Shown here: one piece after another, positions 46,960-58,219 of the stretch
Layout: each line of letters opens with the position of its first letter
Numbering within the stretch: position 1 is the stretch's first letter
DNA from: Armatimonadota bacterium
Lineage (GTDB): Bacteria > Armatimonadota > UBA5829 > DTLH01
Length of the DNA stretch: 64,000 bases
Reading direction: 5' to 3'
Assembly (NCBI GenBank): GCA_039680575.1
Contig: JBDKSP010000021.1
Location: 1 to 64,000, forward strand
Notes under the pieces: generated by a model
Told to the model about the DNA's origin: nothing
Database searches by the model: none
Seen by the model: only the letters and a program-made list of their open reading frames with translations
Program-made: the position numbers and the translations under genes

Positions 46960-49242
46960 TCAACTGTTAGGTCCAAGAACCGGAGCTTGGAGGGTGAAAG
47001 CTGTACCGACATCCTTTTTGCTCGAGATGGTGAGATTTGCCCCGATCATTTCCACTGTAGTCGCTACTATTGCGAGGCCGATGCCAAATCCCATCGGTTT
47101 GTGTTTTCTGGGATAGTCCAATTGCTGGAATTCATCAAAAATCGACCACATATCTGAGTTGCGTATTCCCATGCCGGTATCGGCTATGATTACTTCCATT
47201 CCTGTGATACCACTGGACAAGATCACATCGATTCCGCCCTTATCGGTGAATTTAACCGCGTTGGAAAGCAGGTTGGTGATTATAGCGATCAACTTCGCCT
47301 CATCGTAAATGCCCTGCTGTGAGTCATTTTCGGATACGACGCTGATATTGAGCCCCTTGGCTTCCAGTTGAGGGCCGACGGCAAGAATGCATTTATCTAC
47401 CATGTTTCTCGGACAGCATATTCTGGGGTTCAGTCCAACTACACCGCTCTTAAGCCGGGCTATTTCAAGTATACTGCTGACCATTGAGAGAAGGTCATTG
47501 GTGCAGACAAGCATCTTCCTGAGTAACGATGCCTGCTCCTTATTGACAGTGCCGGTAAGGCCTTCCAGGATCATCTTCGCATAACCCTGGACTGCAGTAA
47601 GGGGTGTCCGTACCTCGTGTGTTATGTTGTTCAGGAACTGCTGCTGCAATTGATACGCACGCTGCATATCCTCATGCGCCTTCTGGCGCGCCTCATTAAC
47701 ACGGCGTTCTTCGGTAATATCGGATATAACACCATCCAGGCACATGATTTTACCATCGGGACCGAAAATACCTTGCCCCTTCTCGAAGACCCATCTGATG
47801 CTTCCATCGGCATGAATGATCCTGTATGTTATAGAAAACGGCTCTCGTTTCGCTATAGCTTGGTATATAGTATCGGTGACCAAAGACCTGTCTTCCGGAT
47901 GGATGATATTGGTGAATCTGCGGACCCGGTTGACAAAATCAGACGGCGGATATCCGGATAGGTCTTGTATCGCATTGTTAAGCAGTTGGATGGCCCAATT
48001 CGGATTGAGGTGGCACCTGTAAATGACATCCGGGAGGTTAGCGACAAGAGTTCGGAACCGTTCTTCGCTCTCTCTAAGCGCTTCTTCAGTGATCTTTCGC
48101 TTGGATATATCCCGCGCGATACCTTGAAAACCGATGGTTGAGCCGTTTGCCCTGATAACCGACCACGCAATTTCCATCCACACGGAAGTCTGGTCTTTTC
48201 TGATCATCTTTACTTCTATAAGTCCCTTAGGCAGGTCCGGGGGTGTATCCAGGAAATATTGTAGAAACATTTCATAGTGTGTGGAATCAGACGGATCGAT
48301 GAAATTGGTCAGTTCTTTGCCGATGCATTCATCAGGGGTATAGCCCATTACATGAGTGACCGCTTGAGATATAAAAGAGAATATCCCTCTGGAATCGGTT
48401 TCCCAAAGGACATCCAAAGCGTTTTCCGCGAGGAGCCGGTATTTTTCCTCAGCCAGGGAAAGAGCTTCCGCGGTATTTTTGCGTTCCGTGATGTCGCTGA
48501 TAACTATACATACAGCCTGAACATGCCCTTTTTTGTTAAGGATCGAGTGCAGGGAGATGGATGCCCAGAATTCGCTGCTGTCTTTTCTGATGAGTTTTAT
48601 CTCAGGAATTCGAGTAGATACTCCACTGTTCAATGCGTTCAGATAAGCATCGCGCGCTTCATTTTCGGCAGGGGAGATCAAAAGATCAAAACGGCAAAGG
48701 TCATCGCTGGAATACCCGATCTGCTCAGCGGCATGGCGGTTCATATATACCACATTGCCCTGCTTGTTGGTGAGTATAAACCCTACCGGCATTTCCTCCG
48801 CAAGAGTCTTGTTGAGCTTCATCGCACTTTCCAGGACTTCTTTGTTGGTCTGTATTGAGTTGACTTCCTTGATATTTACGATCGTGACAGCAGAATCAAG
48901 AGGCCAGGGAATTACATTTACCTCGATCTTAATTACTTGCCCGTCTTTCTTAATGAAATCGCAAGCTACGGTCTCGCTCCGCCAGTTACCGGCTAGCCGA
49001 TTCCAAATTCGGTTCTTTGCTACGGCTGCACTTTCTCTCGTCAAAATACGGGTGAGAGGTAATCCCACAATTTCATCTTTTGACTCATAACCCAGTGTTC
49101 TGAACGCAGATTCGCTGATATCGATTAGCTTTTCCTTGTGTAAAATGAGCAGCATATCTGATTCATTTTTCGATATGATCTCATCAAGCAGCCTGCGAAG
49201 GTCCGGGTCGGGTTTATAGCCATCGGTCACATTTGTATTCAA
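46960..49242 (-). CDS. Cytoplasmic multi-PAS sensor histidine kinase
   Basis: Four PAS domains, HEVRTPL, NLLSNAVKFT, DTGMG, GFGIGL. Confidence 0.9.
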   Translation of the reverse strand: MNTNVTDGYKPDPDLRRLLDEIISKNESDMLLILHKEKLIDISESAFRTLGYESKDEIVGLPLTRILTRESAAVAKNRIWNRLAGNWRSETVACDFIKKDGQVIKIEVNVIPWPLDSAVTIVNIKEVNSIQTNKEVLESAMKLNKTLAEEMPVGFILTNKQGNVVYMNRHAAEQIGYSSDDLCRFDLLISPAENEARDAYLNALNSGVSTRIPEIKLIRKDSSEFWASISLHSILNKKGHVQAVCIVISDITERKNTAEALSLAEEKYRLLAENALDVLWETDSRGIFSFISQAVTHVMGYTPDECIGKELTNFIDPSDSTHYEMFLQYFLDTPPDLPKGLIEVKMIRKDQTSVWMEIAWSVIRANGSTIGFQGIARDISKRKITEEALRESEERFRTLVANLPDVIYRCHLNPNWAIQLLNNAIQDLSGYPPSDFVNRVRRFTNIIHPEDRSLVTDTIYQAIAKREPFSITYRIIHADGSIRWVFEKGQGIFGPDGKIMCLDGVISDITEERRVNEARQKAHEDMQRAYQLQQQFLNNITHEVRTPLTAVQGYAKMILEGLTGTVNKEQASLLRKMLVCTNDLLSMVSSILEIARLKSGVVGLNPRICCPRNMVDKCILAVGPQLEAKGLNISVVSENDSQQGIYDEAKLIAIITNLLSNAVKFTDKGGIDVILSSGITGMEVIIADTGMGIRNSDMWSIFDEFQQLDYPRKHKPMGFGIGLAIVATTVEMIGANLTISSKKDVGTAFTLQAPVLGPNS

Positions 49243-49599
49243 GTCGTTTCCTCAACCATAAAAATACATATGATTATTATGAACAGTACTAAAGTATATC
49301 CTGCATAAAAGGAAGAGGTCAATTTTTCTCTTAATATATAGAGCGATTATGACTTCCAATTTGTCTTGTGTCAATTGTCGAGAGGTGGGAATTGCTGGTA
49401 TAATATCATGCCTGCTCGACGAGATGCTGTTACAAGACGGAACAAAGTAGCCGGATATGTAGTCTAGCGTATTGAGTGGACCGCTATCTCTTGTCGCCAT
49501 CGCTTGTGTATATGTTGGCGACAACTTGTATAAGCGTATATTTGTGTTAAACTCTGAACAATAACATAATAAGGTATATAATTAGGAGTAGGTGTTTCG

Positions 49600-50541
49600 A
49601 TGAAGATATGTCCAGTATGCGGCGCCAAAAACAACCGGCACAGTTTAATATGCGGTAATTGCGGAGCATCATTCGAGTCTACCCCGGAGTTGCAACAGGC
49701 ACCAGGCGAGGAAGTTTCCGATTTCGATGAAACTGTGACTCCATATAAACCAGCTGTCGGTGGTCCTGATATGGTCACAGCTTACCGCCCCGCAGTAGGA
49801 GGCCCTGCTGGGGTAGATGACGGTACATTACAGGCAGCCAGACCTCTGGGTGGAGATAATCAGAAAAGCGATGAACCGCTTACAATGGTTGGGCAACCTT
49901 TGAACGCACAGTCACAAGTAAGTGGCGGACCACAGACCGATCCTTATGGAACGATTAATACCCCTCGTAAGCTCAAGTATAGGGAGACTCCTGATCTGGC
50001 TCCGGTAAAATCTAACGTACTGGTATCATCTATCGGCTCGATTATCATGCTCATCATCTTGCTGTCGGGAGGATGGTATTGTTACCAGAGGTTTGTAGTA
50101 AAACCCCGCCCGGTGCTTGAAGCTACACGTACCTTTATCGATGCGGGGGTCCAGGGTAATTGGCAGGCTATGCAGAGCACGGTGGATCAGAACTCATCTA
50201 TGCTTCTGGCAAAAGTCTACAAGAATATGACGGTCCGAAGGATTCCTGCCGGAGTAGATTTCTTCCTTACCAGGGGAGAGGGATTTACAGAAGGCAAGCA
50301 ATATAAGGTAAAAGTCGTGAACATGACTGAAACGACTGCAAAGGTGCTGATTAGCCCCGGGCCGGATCCTATTCCAGCATTCGATGCAAATCAGATGCCG
50401 GTCAATTTCAAAGATGGCTACTATATAAACTTGACGAATGTGAATGGCCAGTGGAAAATAAACCTGATGCAGTTTGTAATTGATCTGGCTTCATGCGGCG
50501 ATCCATATGATGGTATGGCTAAGTATTTTGTTTCTCGCTAG
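49600..50541 (+). CDS. Zinc-ribbon membrane protein
   Basis: CPVCG...CGNCG, Pro-rich linker, TM, NTF2-like C-terminus (GQWKI). Confidence 0.7.
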   Translation: MKICPVCGAKNNRHSLICGNCGASFESTPELQQAPGEEVSDFDETVTPYKPAVGGPDMVTAYRPAVGGPAGVDDGTLQAARPLGGDNQKSDEPLTMVGQPLNAQSQVSGGPQTDPYGTINTPRKLKYRETPDLAPVKSNVLVSSIGSIIMLIILLSGGWYCYQRFVVKPRPVLEATRTFIDAGVQGNWQAMQSTVDQNSSMLLAKVYKNMTVRRIPAGVDFFLTRGEGFTEGKQYKVKVVNMTETTAKVLISPGPDPIPAFDANQMPVNFKDGYYINLTNVNGQWKINLMQFVIDLASCGDPYDGMAKYFVSR

Positions 50542-50749
50542 CTCATCGTTCAAAAATCAATATTGAAGCGATTATAATATTGTCGCCGGGGTCAATGATT
50601 AGGTCCCGGCGATTTACTGTCTGCCGACATCCTCTTGACTAACTGCTACAAAACGGTCATACTTCTTTTGCATGAATAATAACTATGACTGCATCGGGTG
50701 TATATGGTCCGGCGCAGCGGAATATGTATATTAAAGGAGAAAACATGTC

Positions 50750-51772
50750 ATGAAGAAGTGCCCGAAATGCGGCGCAGACAATAAGCCTGACAGTTCGGCT
50801 TGTTATAACTGCTTTGCACCACTCACGGATGTACGACCTGCCGCAACTCCCGGTCCTTTGAATGCTCAACCGCTGACCGGTCCTGAAAAGACTCAACCGA
50901 TACCGCCTGCGCAGAATCAACAACCAACAGTATCTGTTCCATTGACTGGTGGTCAGACACCGCGTTCATCCGGACCATTAAACAGGCCGTTGAACGGTCC
51001 ACTGAATGGTCCATTGACCGGCCAGTCACAGGATGAAAACCAGCAGACAGTAGTCGGACAACCGTTGGGAGGGCAACAGCAGAAACCGCCGAGCCCTTAT
51101 GGACCTCAGCCCGGACCATATGCTCCACCTTCTCAGCAGCAATATCGCAGGCGTGAAGAGTTCATAAGACCGGAGCCGGTAAAGAGTTCCGGACCGGGCG
51201 CGATGATCGCTATTATTCTGCTGGTTCTGGCGATAATAGGTGGTGGAATCTTCACATATATGAAGTACCACAAACCTGAAGACAATACTCCTATAGGTGT
51301 TGTTCGCGCGTTCACAAAAGCAGCTGAATCCGGAAATAAACAGGAGATGAAGAAATATCTGACAAAGGGATCGGAGGATAGTAAGATGATTAACGGCTTA
51401 TTTGATCCAGATCGATTGGCAGATAGCAGCAGCAGTCGCATTGGAAAGAAAACCTTCAAGGAAGGCATAGACTATACCCTGCAAGTTACTTCGAGCGGCA
51501 ATAACAGAGCCATAGTATCGGAGATAATCCAACAGACTGGATACAGCAAAATCGAGTCTATACTAATGGAGCAGCCCAATGTATCTGCAAAGCAACGGCA
51601 GATGTTTATAGATTTATTCAAAAGATCCTTTCAATCAGGCATACCGGTTGTAACTGTAGTTGAAGATGGCAAGTGGAAGATTGATGGTCCGCAGACCGAA
51701 CAAGCCCTACAGGAATTGCTGCAGAAGTTTATGGTGGAAATGTTCCGAATGATCCCGCAAATGACCAGATAA
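50750..51772 (+). CDS. Zinc-ribbon membrane protein (DUF4878-like C-terminus)
   Basis: CPKCG...CYNC, P/Q-rich linker, TM, EDGKWKID. Confidence 0.7.
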   Translation: MKKCPKCGADNKPDSSACYNCFAPLTDVRPAATPGPLNAQPLTGPEKTQPIPPAQNQQPTVSVPLTGGQTPRSSGPLNRPLNGPLNGPLTGQSQDENQQTVVGQPLGGQQQKPPSPYGPQPGPYAPPSQQQYRRREEFIRPEPVKSSGPGAMIAIILLVLAIIGGGIFTYMKYHKPEDNTPIGVVRAFTKAAESGNKQEMKKYLTKGSEDSKMINGLFDPDRLADSSSSRIGKKTFKEGIDYTLQVTSSGNNRAIVSEIIQQTGYSKIESILMEQPNVSAKQRQMFIDLFKRSFQSGIPVVTVVEDGKWKIDGPQTEQALQELLQKFMVEMFRMIPQMTR

Positions 51773-51791
51773 AGCTCTTCGCAATGCAATA

Positions 51792-51827
51792 ATAAATCAA
51801 GCCCCCAATTATGGGGGCTTGATTTAT
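51792..51827. terminator. Bidirectional terminator
   Basis: ATAAATCAAGCCCCCA/TGGGGGCTTGATTTAT perfect inverted repeat. Confidence 0.85.
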
Positions 51828-51838
51828 ATAAGCTAAGC

Positions 51839-53131
51839 TTAACTCAACTGTCCTGATAAATATGCATCATACGCACTAAGGTCCAGGTAGCCGTTTCCGC
51901 TCAGGTTGAACAGAATTACCCGTTCCCTGCCTTCTTCTTTTGCCTTGAGTGCTTCATCGATTGCCGCGCGAACAGCGTGAGACGATTCCGGTGCAGGGAT
52001 AATTCCTTCGGCTTTTGCGAAGCGGATAGCGGCATCGAAGACATCGAGTTGTGGATAGGCAACCGCCTCTATAAGCCCCTGGTCATAGCAAAGGCTGACT
52101 AGCGGAGCCATTGCATGGTATCTAAGTCCTCCGGCATGGATTCCAGGCGGGACAAAATCGTTTCCAAGGGTATACATCTTGAAAAGCGGCGTCATCTGCG
52201 CGGTGTCTCCGAACTCGTATCTGTATTCGCCCTTTGTGAGCGATGGACATGACGCCGGTTCGACTGCGATAGCTCTCAATTCTTTTCCCGCAATCTTGTC
52301 AGCAAGAAATGGAAATGCGATACCGCCAAAATTGCTTCCACCGCCGACGCAGCCTATGACTACATCAGGATAAGCGCCAGCCAGCTCCATCTGCTTTTTA
52401 CACTCGAGACCTATGACTGTCTGATGGAGAATTACGTGGTTTGTTACGCTGCCGAGCGCATACTTGCCATTGTTTTTGATTGCGTCTTCGATGGCCTCGC
52501 TTATCGCCATCCCAAGACCGCCGGGAGTATCCGGGTCCTTTTCCAGGAATTTCTTCCCAAACTCGGTATTTGTGCTCGGACTGGCATAAACTGTCGCACC
52601 GAACGTTTCCATCATGGACTTTCGATAGGGCTTTTGCTGATAACTGACCTTTACCATATAGACGGTACATTCGAGCCCGAAGATGCTGCATGCGAGAGAC
52701 AACGCGCATCCCCATTGCCCGGCGCCGGTCTCAGTGGTAAGCCGCTTTACACCGTCCTTTTTGTTATAATAAGCCTGTGCGAGAGCGCTGTTCAGCTTAT
52801 GGCTTCCTACAGGGCTCACACCTTCGTACTTGTAAAAAATCTTTGCCGGGGTACCGAGTGCCTTCTCCAGCCGTAGTGCTCGATAAAGGGGCGAAGGACG
52901 CCAAAGAGATAGTCCTTCTAATACTTCATCCGGTATGTCGATCCATCGCTTAGTGGACATCTCCTGTTCTATGATCGAATCGCAGAAGATCTGAGATAGA
53001 TCATCCGGTCCCACAGGTTCTTTTGTTGCCGGATGGATCGGAGGGGGAAGAGGGACCGGCAGGTCCGCGGCGATATTGTACCATTGTTTTGGGATCTGGC
53101 TTTGTTCCAGCAAGAACTGACGCTGCTGCAT
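51839..53131 (-). CDS. trpB2: TrpB2 (tryptophan synthase beta-like PLP enzyme)
   Basis: [41 protein letters not shown]; no trpA adjacent. Confidence 0.92.
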   Translation of the reverse strand: MQQRQFLLEQSQIPKQWYNIAADLPVPLPPPIHPATKEPVGPDDLSQIFCDSIIEQEMSTKRWIDIPDEVLEGLSLWRPSPLYRALRLEKALGTPAKIFYKYEGVSPVGSHKLNSALAQAYYNKKDGVKRLTTETGAGQWGCALSLACSIFGLECTVYMVKVSYQQKPYRKSMMETFGATVYASPSTNTEFGKKFLEKDPDTPGGLGMAISEAIEDAIKNNGKYALGSVTNHVILHQTVIGLECKKQMELAGAYPDVVIGCVGGGSNFGGIAFPFLADKIAGKELRAIAVEPASCPSLTKGEYRYEFGDTAQMTPLFKMYTLGNDFVPPGIHAGGLRYHAMAPLVSLCYDQGLIEAVAYPQLDVFDAAIRFAKAEGIIPAPESSHAVRAAIDEALKAKEEGRERVILFNLSGNGYLDLSAYDAYLSGQLS

Positions 53132-53682
53132 TGAAAGAACTCTCCTTACTTATCGTAAAATCTGTCATTTCAACGTAAATTTATTCGTTATCACAAAAGA
53201 AATATCGGTTGAAATGTGAAAAATAATGAGGGAACATCAATGGCAGTGAGTTCGTCTAATAACCGGGCTTCCGTGGTATCTTCGACTGAAGAGATGGTCG
53301 GCAATTGCCGATTATTTGAAACGTAAGCTTCGATTTGACAATTTAAAAAGGAAAGGCAGGTGAATTGGATGCAGCTCACCCGATCCGTCGATTTGGTATT
53401 CCCTCGCAGCGGGCAGGTTGTTTCAGTTCAAGTGCCAGTGGATGTCTTCGATCAGGTAAGGCAGGTCAGTAAGTCGCTATTATCATTTGTATCATTTAGA
53501 TACGCCTGTATTCCAATCGAGCTAATAAACAGGTTGCATCCACAGTAAAAAGGGTCCGGTTTCTTTCTGGACCCTTTTTACTTGTACCTCTTCACTGCTT
53601 GTCAGGCATATTTATAGGCTTTTGTTGGTATTAACAACAAAGATCGGCGCCGCTTGCAGAAAATGCAGAGGAGGTGTCTTGC

Positions 53683-53889
53683 ATGACGAGAGGTATGGGC
53701 GGGAGGTCGCCTGCGAACATCGCTAATTTCCTGGAAGGAATCGATTTTCCTGCATCCAAAGACGAATTGGTCAACCATGCCGAGGATAATAATGCGCCAC
53801 AGGATATTATAGATATCCTGGAAAAGCTTCCCAATCGGGAGTATACGAGCATGGCTGATATAATGTCGGGTGTGGGACAGGTGGAATAA
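53683..53889 (+). CDS. DUF2795 domain small protein
   Basis: FLEGIDFPASKDELV...LPNREY; GAGGAGG RBS. Confidence 0.85.
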   Translation: MTRGMGGRSPANIANFLEGIDFPASKDELVNHAEDNNAPQDIIDILEKLPNREYTSMADIMSGVGQVE

Positions 53890-53961
53890 GGTCCAACCGC
53901 ATCAAATTTGAGCCTCCGGGAGAAGCGGTGGGACTTCCGGAGGAATCCATCGCAATGATGC

Positions 53962-55986
53962 CTATAATTCGTTAGCCTGCCCAGACGCGCGCTTCAGAGC
54001 AGCCTTCAATTCCCTGTGAAGCCGTTCGAGTTCCTTTATATCTCCGACGGTTATGTCGCGTCCACTGTAGCGCATGGACCCGAATAGATTCGCGGTTTCA
54101 AGTGCTATTGCGCTTGCGTCATGCGAGCGTTTAGTTCCAGCTATAGCTGCTTCGCATGGAGTAAGGTCCTTGTTCTTTACCTTCAGGCTTCGAAGGATCG
54201 ATTCATACCTTGCCACGAAGATAGAATGGAGCTTGCTGGGGCTGGAATGCCTTTCGAACGGACGAAGTTTCCTTATATCCGATACGAATATGATACCTGC
54301 GCCAATAATAAGCAATACGGACATCAATGGAAGTATGATCGACCCGCTCAATATATTGCGAAATAGTCGGCTGAAACTTGCGAATATTCGGCCAAACAGG
54401 CTCTCTGAATGTTCTCGGGTCAGTTCTGTCGGATCGAAAGTGACCCATCCACAGTCTGGAAAATAGACTTCCGCCCAAGCATGACGGTCCATATCACGTA
54501 TTTTGAATACACCGGCATCAGTATCGTAGTCACCTGTCGCATATCCGGTCACGAGCCTTGCCGGGACACCTGTCTCTCTCATCATTACGACCATTGCGCT
54601 GGCAAAAACATCGCAATACCCGGTCCTGGACTTGAAAAGGAAATAATCGACCGGGTCCTGCCCGGCTGGAGCGGGAGGCGCGTTCAGGTCATAAGTGCAG
54701 TGTTCTCCAAGGTATCTGTTGATAGCTACAGCCTTGTCATACGGATTATCGATGCCGCGAGTGATATGCATAGCCAGCCTGCCGGCTTTTACGGTACTGG
54801 TTGTTGTCTGCAGAAAGAAGGATCTGATACTCTCACTGTAATCAGTCGATGCTTTTCTCAAGCGGCTTTGGTCGGTAATCGGCATAGACGAGACTACGCG
54901 ATAGCTCGGTAGGTTTCCGATAGCGGAATAACTGTAATAGCAGTTGAAATCATTGCGTTTTAGGCCGGAGAATGGTCCCTCGATGGTTACCGGTTCAGTT
55001 GCAGCGATAACATCTCCTTCGATCAGAATGCGAGGGTATATAATCTGTTCGATCAATTCTCCGTGTTCCGGCGGGATGGAGTTATAATGGTTCCAGCCAT
55101 TACCGTACCTCCCGCTTACCTGTTCTATTGAGATTGGCATGTATTGCGCGGTTGACTTCCAGCCATGACCTGTATAGCGGTCAAATATATTGCTGCGCCA
55201 GTATGTCCCGTAAGTTTCGCCCGTTTTCAATGAGTGAGATTTGATGGACATAACAACTTTATCGGTCAAATGAACAGGTCCCTGTGAAATCTGTAGTGTG
55301 CTCGAATCGTCAACAGAAGCCATCAATGTACGGTCTCTTAGCTGTGTGAACTGAGGCATAGCTATGGAAAAGGCCTTTTTGCAGGCTAATCTGACCGGAA
55401 TAACGGCGATGTAGCCCATCACAATCGACAGGCAGGTGACAGCAATAGCCATCCTGAACCCCGGTTTGATCGATTGTTTGTTGCGTACAGGCTGGTGAGC
55501 CAGCGTAAATGTAGCAAGGACCAGATATATTATGAAAGCCGCCATTATCTCTGAGTTTATGTTGTTTGTTGCCGTCAAGCTGATAAGGACGACGGCTGGG
55601 ATAGACGAGAAAACGACCGCTTCGTCCGAGACGAGAGTGAAGCTCCTCAATACTTCCAGCCAGAGAAGCATAGATGCGAGTTTCATCTCGGAAGAACCGG
55701 CTGCATTTATGGGGATTATGAGTTCGTTTATCGCACGGCCGCCGATTACCTGCAGGTAGACCAGTATGGCTGCGATTATGACTACAAACTCGATAAGGCG
55801 GGTAGTATAGCCGACCCTGCGAAGGATCAGGCTGGTAATATAGCCGATGCACATGAGTGTGCCTGTCAGAATGGCGAATGAGTTGTCGGACACCACCGAA
55901 TTAAGCGCAGTCAATGCGCATAGCATAGTAGCAAGACCGGCGAGGTATAACGGATAACTGATGTCAGGTCCTGTCGTCCGTCTCAT
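53962..55986 (-). CDS. Membrane transglutaminase-like protein (DUF3488/TgpA type)
   Basis: N-terminal TMs; GYCDVFAS, HAWAEVYF and FDPT catalytic triad. Confidence 0.88.
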   Translation of the reverse strand: MRRTTGPDISYPLYLAGLATMLCALTALNSVVSDNSFAILTGTLMCIGYITSLILRRVGYTTRLIEFVVIIAAILVYLQVIGGRAINELIIPINAAGSSEMKLASMLLWLEVLRSFTLVSDEAVVFSSIPAVVLISLTATNNINSEIMAAFIIYLVLATFTLAHQPVRNKQSIKPGFRMAIAVTCLSIVMGYIAVIPVRLACKKAFSIAMPQFTQLRDRTLMASVDDSSTLQISQGPVHLTDKVVMSIKSHSLKTGETYGTYWRSNIFDRYTGHGWKSTAQYMPISIEQVSGRYGNGWNHYNSIPPEHGELIEQIIYPRILIEGDVIAATEPVTIEGPFSGLKRNDFNCYYSYSAIGNLPSYRVVSSMPITDQSRLRKASTDYSESIRSFFLQTTTSTVKAGRLAMHITRGIDNPYDKAVAINRYLGEHCTYDLNAPPAPAGQDPVDYFLFKSRTGYCDVFASAMVVMMRETGVPARLVTGYATGDYDTDAGVFKIRDMDRHAWAEVYFPDCGWVTFDPTELTREHSESLFGRIFASFSRLFRNILSGSIILPLMSVLLIIGAGIIFVSDIRKLRPFERHSSPSKLHSIFVARYESILRSLKVKNKDLTPCEAAIAGTKRSHDASAIALETANLFGSMRYSGRDITVGDIKELERLHRELKAALKRASGQANEL

Positions 55987-57197
55987 TGCCGTGCCTCATG
56001 AATAATAAGCTCGACATTTGCACCGGCCTGCTCCAGTTCAGCCACGGATACTTCATCGGAAGACTGTTTTCTTCCGAATGGCGCAGGATCGACCAGCGCT
56101 ACTACGAGCCTGATGTTACGTGATACAGCTTCCATTACTGCTGCTATTGTTTCTTTTGTAGCCAGAGGCGAAATCAGTATTGCATCGGAACCACTGGAAC
56201 ATGACCTGACCAGGTCGATAGCGGAAAGTGATGAGTCGGCTTTTGCATCCGAAAGAGTGTTGAGCGCTGAGTTCATGCTGCCCGGGCTGTGGACATCTAT
56301 GCCTAAGACAGCATTATTCCTGGGAATGACTAACCTGGCTGGCCGCCTGTGATGCAGAAATAACTTGAGTGCAAAAGCCGCGGCACCGGCCGCTGTATTG
56401 AGTGATGTTACCGGCTCAGTTCCGTAGTCGCATCCCTTCATTAGATCAAACATGATTATCACCGAACCGATGGTGGAATCCTCGAACTCCATAACCGACA
56501 GACGCTGAGTGCGGGCGGTTGTTTTCCAGTGTATACGCTTGAACTCATCGCCGGAACGGTATTCACGGACGCCCGCAAAACCTCCTCTTGGCGCAACCCG
56601 GCCTGCGAGGTTCTGATGATCGAACTCCCTGTTTCCGCTTGCCATCAGGTCGGTCCTGAAGGGAATTGGTCTTGGATGCACTATCAATTCAGTGACGCCA
56701 GGCACCTGATGATTCAATCTGAGCATACCGAGAGGATCAGAGGCCAGCAGACTGGCCGGGCCTATCTGATACCGGCCGCGCCTCAGCGTTTTGAACGATG
56801 AATGTATCTCGACACTTTGTAAATGGAAGACTTCCATTACAGTACTGTCTTCGGCTTCGACCCATTGGGGTAACTTGTCCTTCACAATGAGCTCGGAAGG
56901 CAGCCTGCCAAGACGACATTCGATCTCTATAGCAGCGGACGCTCTTTCACCCTGTGTTGTTACCACCAGTGGCTCGCGTTTGACCGCGCAATTCCTAAGC
57001 AGGATGATGCCGATGATATAACTGGCGGAAGGCAGCGCGAGAAGTATCGTAGCCATAGTAAAGAGATATGTTACATTGAGTACGGTAGCTACGACAAGAC
57101 AGAATAAGCCAGCCAGACAGGGACCGACGAACCTGGGGTTTAGGATCAGGCTGCCGGTATCCACTTTGATGTTTTTGATCGTATCACGAGCGTCCAT
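55983..57197 (-). CDS. DUF58 domain protein
   Basis: RRGRY...DPLG and VREYRSGDEFKRIHWKTTAR motifs. Confidence 0.88.
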   Translation of the reverse strand: MDARDTIKNIKVDTGSLILNPRFVGPCLAGLFCLVVATVLNVTYLFTMATILLALPSASYIIGIILLRNCAVKREPLVVTTQGERASAAIEIECRLGRLPSELIVKDKLPQWVEAEDSTVMEVFHLQSVEIHSSFKTLRRGRYQIGPASLLASDPLGMLRLNHQVPGVTELIVHPRPIPFRTDLMASGNREFDHQNLAGRVAPRGGFAGVREYRSGDEFKRIHWKTTARTQRLSVMEFEDSTIGSVIIMFDLMKGCDYGTEPVTSLNTAAGAAAFALKLFLHHRRPARLVIPRNNAVLGIDVHSPGSMNSALNTLSDAKADSSLSAIDLVRSCSSGSDAILISPLATKETIAAVMEAVSRNIRLVVALVDPAPFGRKQSSDEVSVAELEQAGANVELIIHEARQ

Positions 57198-58146
57198 ATC
57201 TCACCGGTACCGGGATAGATGATAAGATGTCACGAATAATATCAGCTCCGGCATCTGACTGCCAAGTGTCCTGAGATACTATCAACCTGTGTGAAAGCGT
57301 AGGGACTGCGGCTGCTTTAATGTCGTCGGGGAGCACGAAATCTCTTTCGGATACGGCTGCAAGCGCGCGGGATATACGCATAAGGGCAAGTGAACCACGA
57401 GGACTTGCGCCAACAAGCACGTCTCTGCGGTTCCTGGTCGATGTGACGATCTCCACGATGTAATCCTTGAGAGAATCATCTATATAAATATTTTTTACCT
57501 CTTCCTGCAGAGACGCAAGCTCATCAGGCGTTATTACGGGGGTAATTGCATCGATCGGATGCTCTTTCATATGGCTGTCAAGTACCGCGGTCTCGCTGTG
57601 TTTGTCAGGATAACCTATCGAGACTCTGATGAGAAACCTGTCAAGCTGGGCTTCAGGAAGCGGGTAAGTGCTGCCATGTTCTATGTTGTTTTGAGTTGCA
57701 ATCACAAGAAACGGTCTTGGAAGCGCTCTTGTCGTGCCGTCTACAGTGATCTGTAGTTCCTCCATACACTCGAGCAGAGCAGACTGAGTCTTCGGTGTAG
57801 CCCTGTTTATCTCATCTGCGAGGACGACGCTTGAGAATACAGGTCCCTGATGGAAATTGAACTCTCCGGTTTTCTGGTTGTAGATGGATGTTCCGGTAAC
57901 ATCGGACGGAAGAAGGTCCGGTGTGAACTGTATCCTGCTGAAGGAACTGCCGATAGCCTTTGCTACTGCCTTTGCGAGAGTGGTCTTTCCCACACCGGGA
58001 ACATCCTCGATGAGTACGTGTCCTCCAGCCAGAAGGGAAGAAAGAACCATTCGCACTACATCATCTTTTCCGATTATCACGCTTCCCACTTTTTCCTGAA
58101 CAGCCTGCATCCTGATACTTATGTCGTGAGCGCTCGTGGTATCCAT
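57184..58146 (-). CDS. moxR: MoxR-family AAA+ ATPase
   Basis: DVPGVGKT, IQFTPDLLPSD, DEINRATPKTQSALLE, LPEAQLDRF. Confidence 0.92.
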   Translation of the reverse strand: MDTTSAHDISIRMQAVQEKVGSVIIGKDDVVRMVLSSLLAGGHVLIEDVPGVGKTTLAKAVAKAIGSSFSRIQFTPDLLPSDVTGTSIYNQKTGEFNFHQGPVFSSVVLADEINRATPKTQSALLECMEELQITVDGTTRALPRPFLVIATQNNIEHGSTYPLPEAQLDRFLIRVSIGYPDKHSETAVLDSHMKEHPIDAITPVITPDELASLQEEVKNIYIDDSLKDYIVEIVTSTRNRRDVLVGASPRGSLALMRISRALAAVSERDFVLPDDIKAAAVPTLSHRLIVSQDTWQSDAGADIIRDILSSIPVPVRYGRS

Positions 58147-58186
58147 CCGTCTCCTCCTGTGGTTATAGTTTCATTACAGAACCTTG

Positions 58187-58219
58187 TTATATGACTGTCA
58201 AGCCAGGTGAATAGGTTCC
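58187..58219 (-). promoter_or_regulatory. ECF-sigma-type promoter of moxR operon
   Basis: GGAACCTAT...CAGTCATATAA (18-bp spacer). Confidence 0.65.

Noticed and set aside
53962..58146. moxR-DUF58-transglutaminase as a novel system
   Set aside because: A widely known conserved gene triad; only its promoter is reported as a finding.
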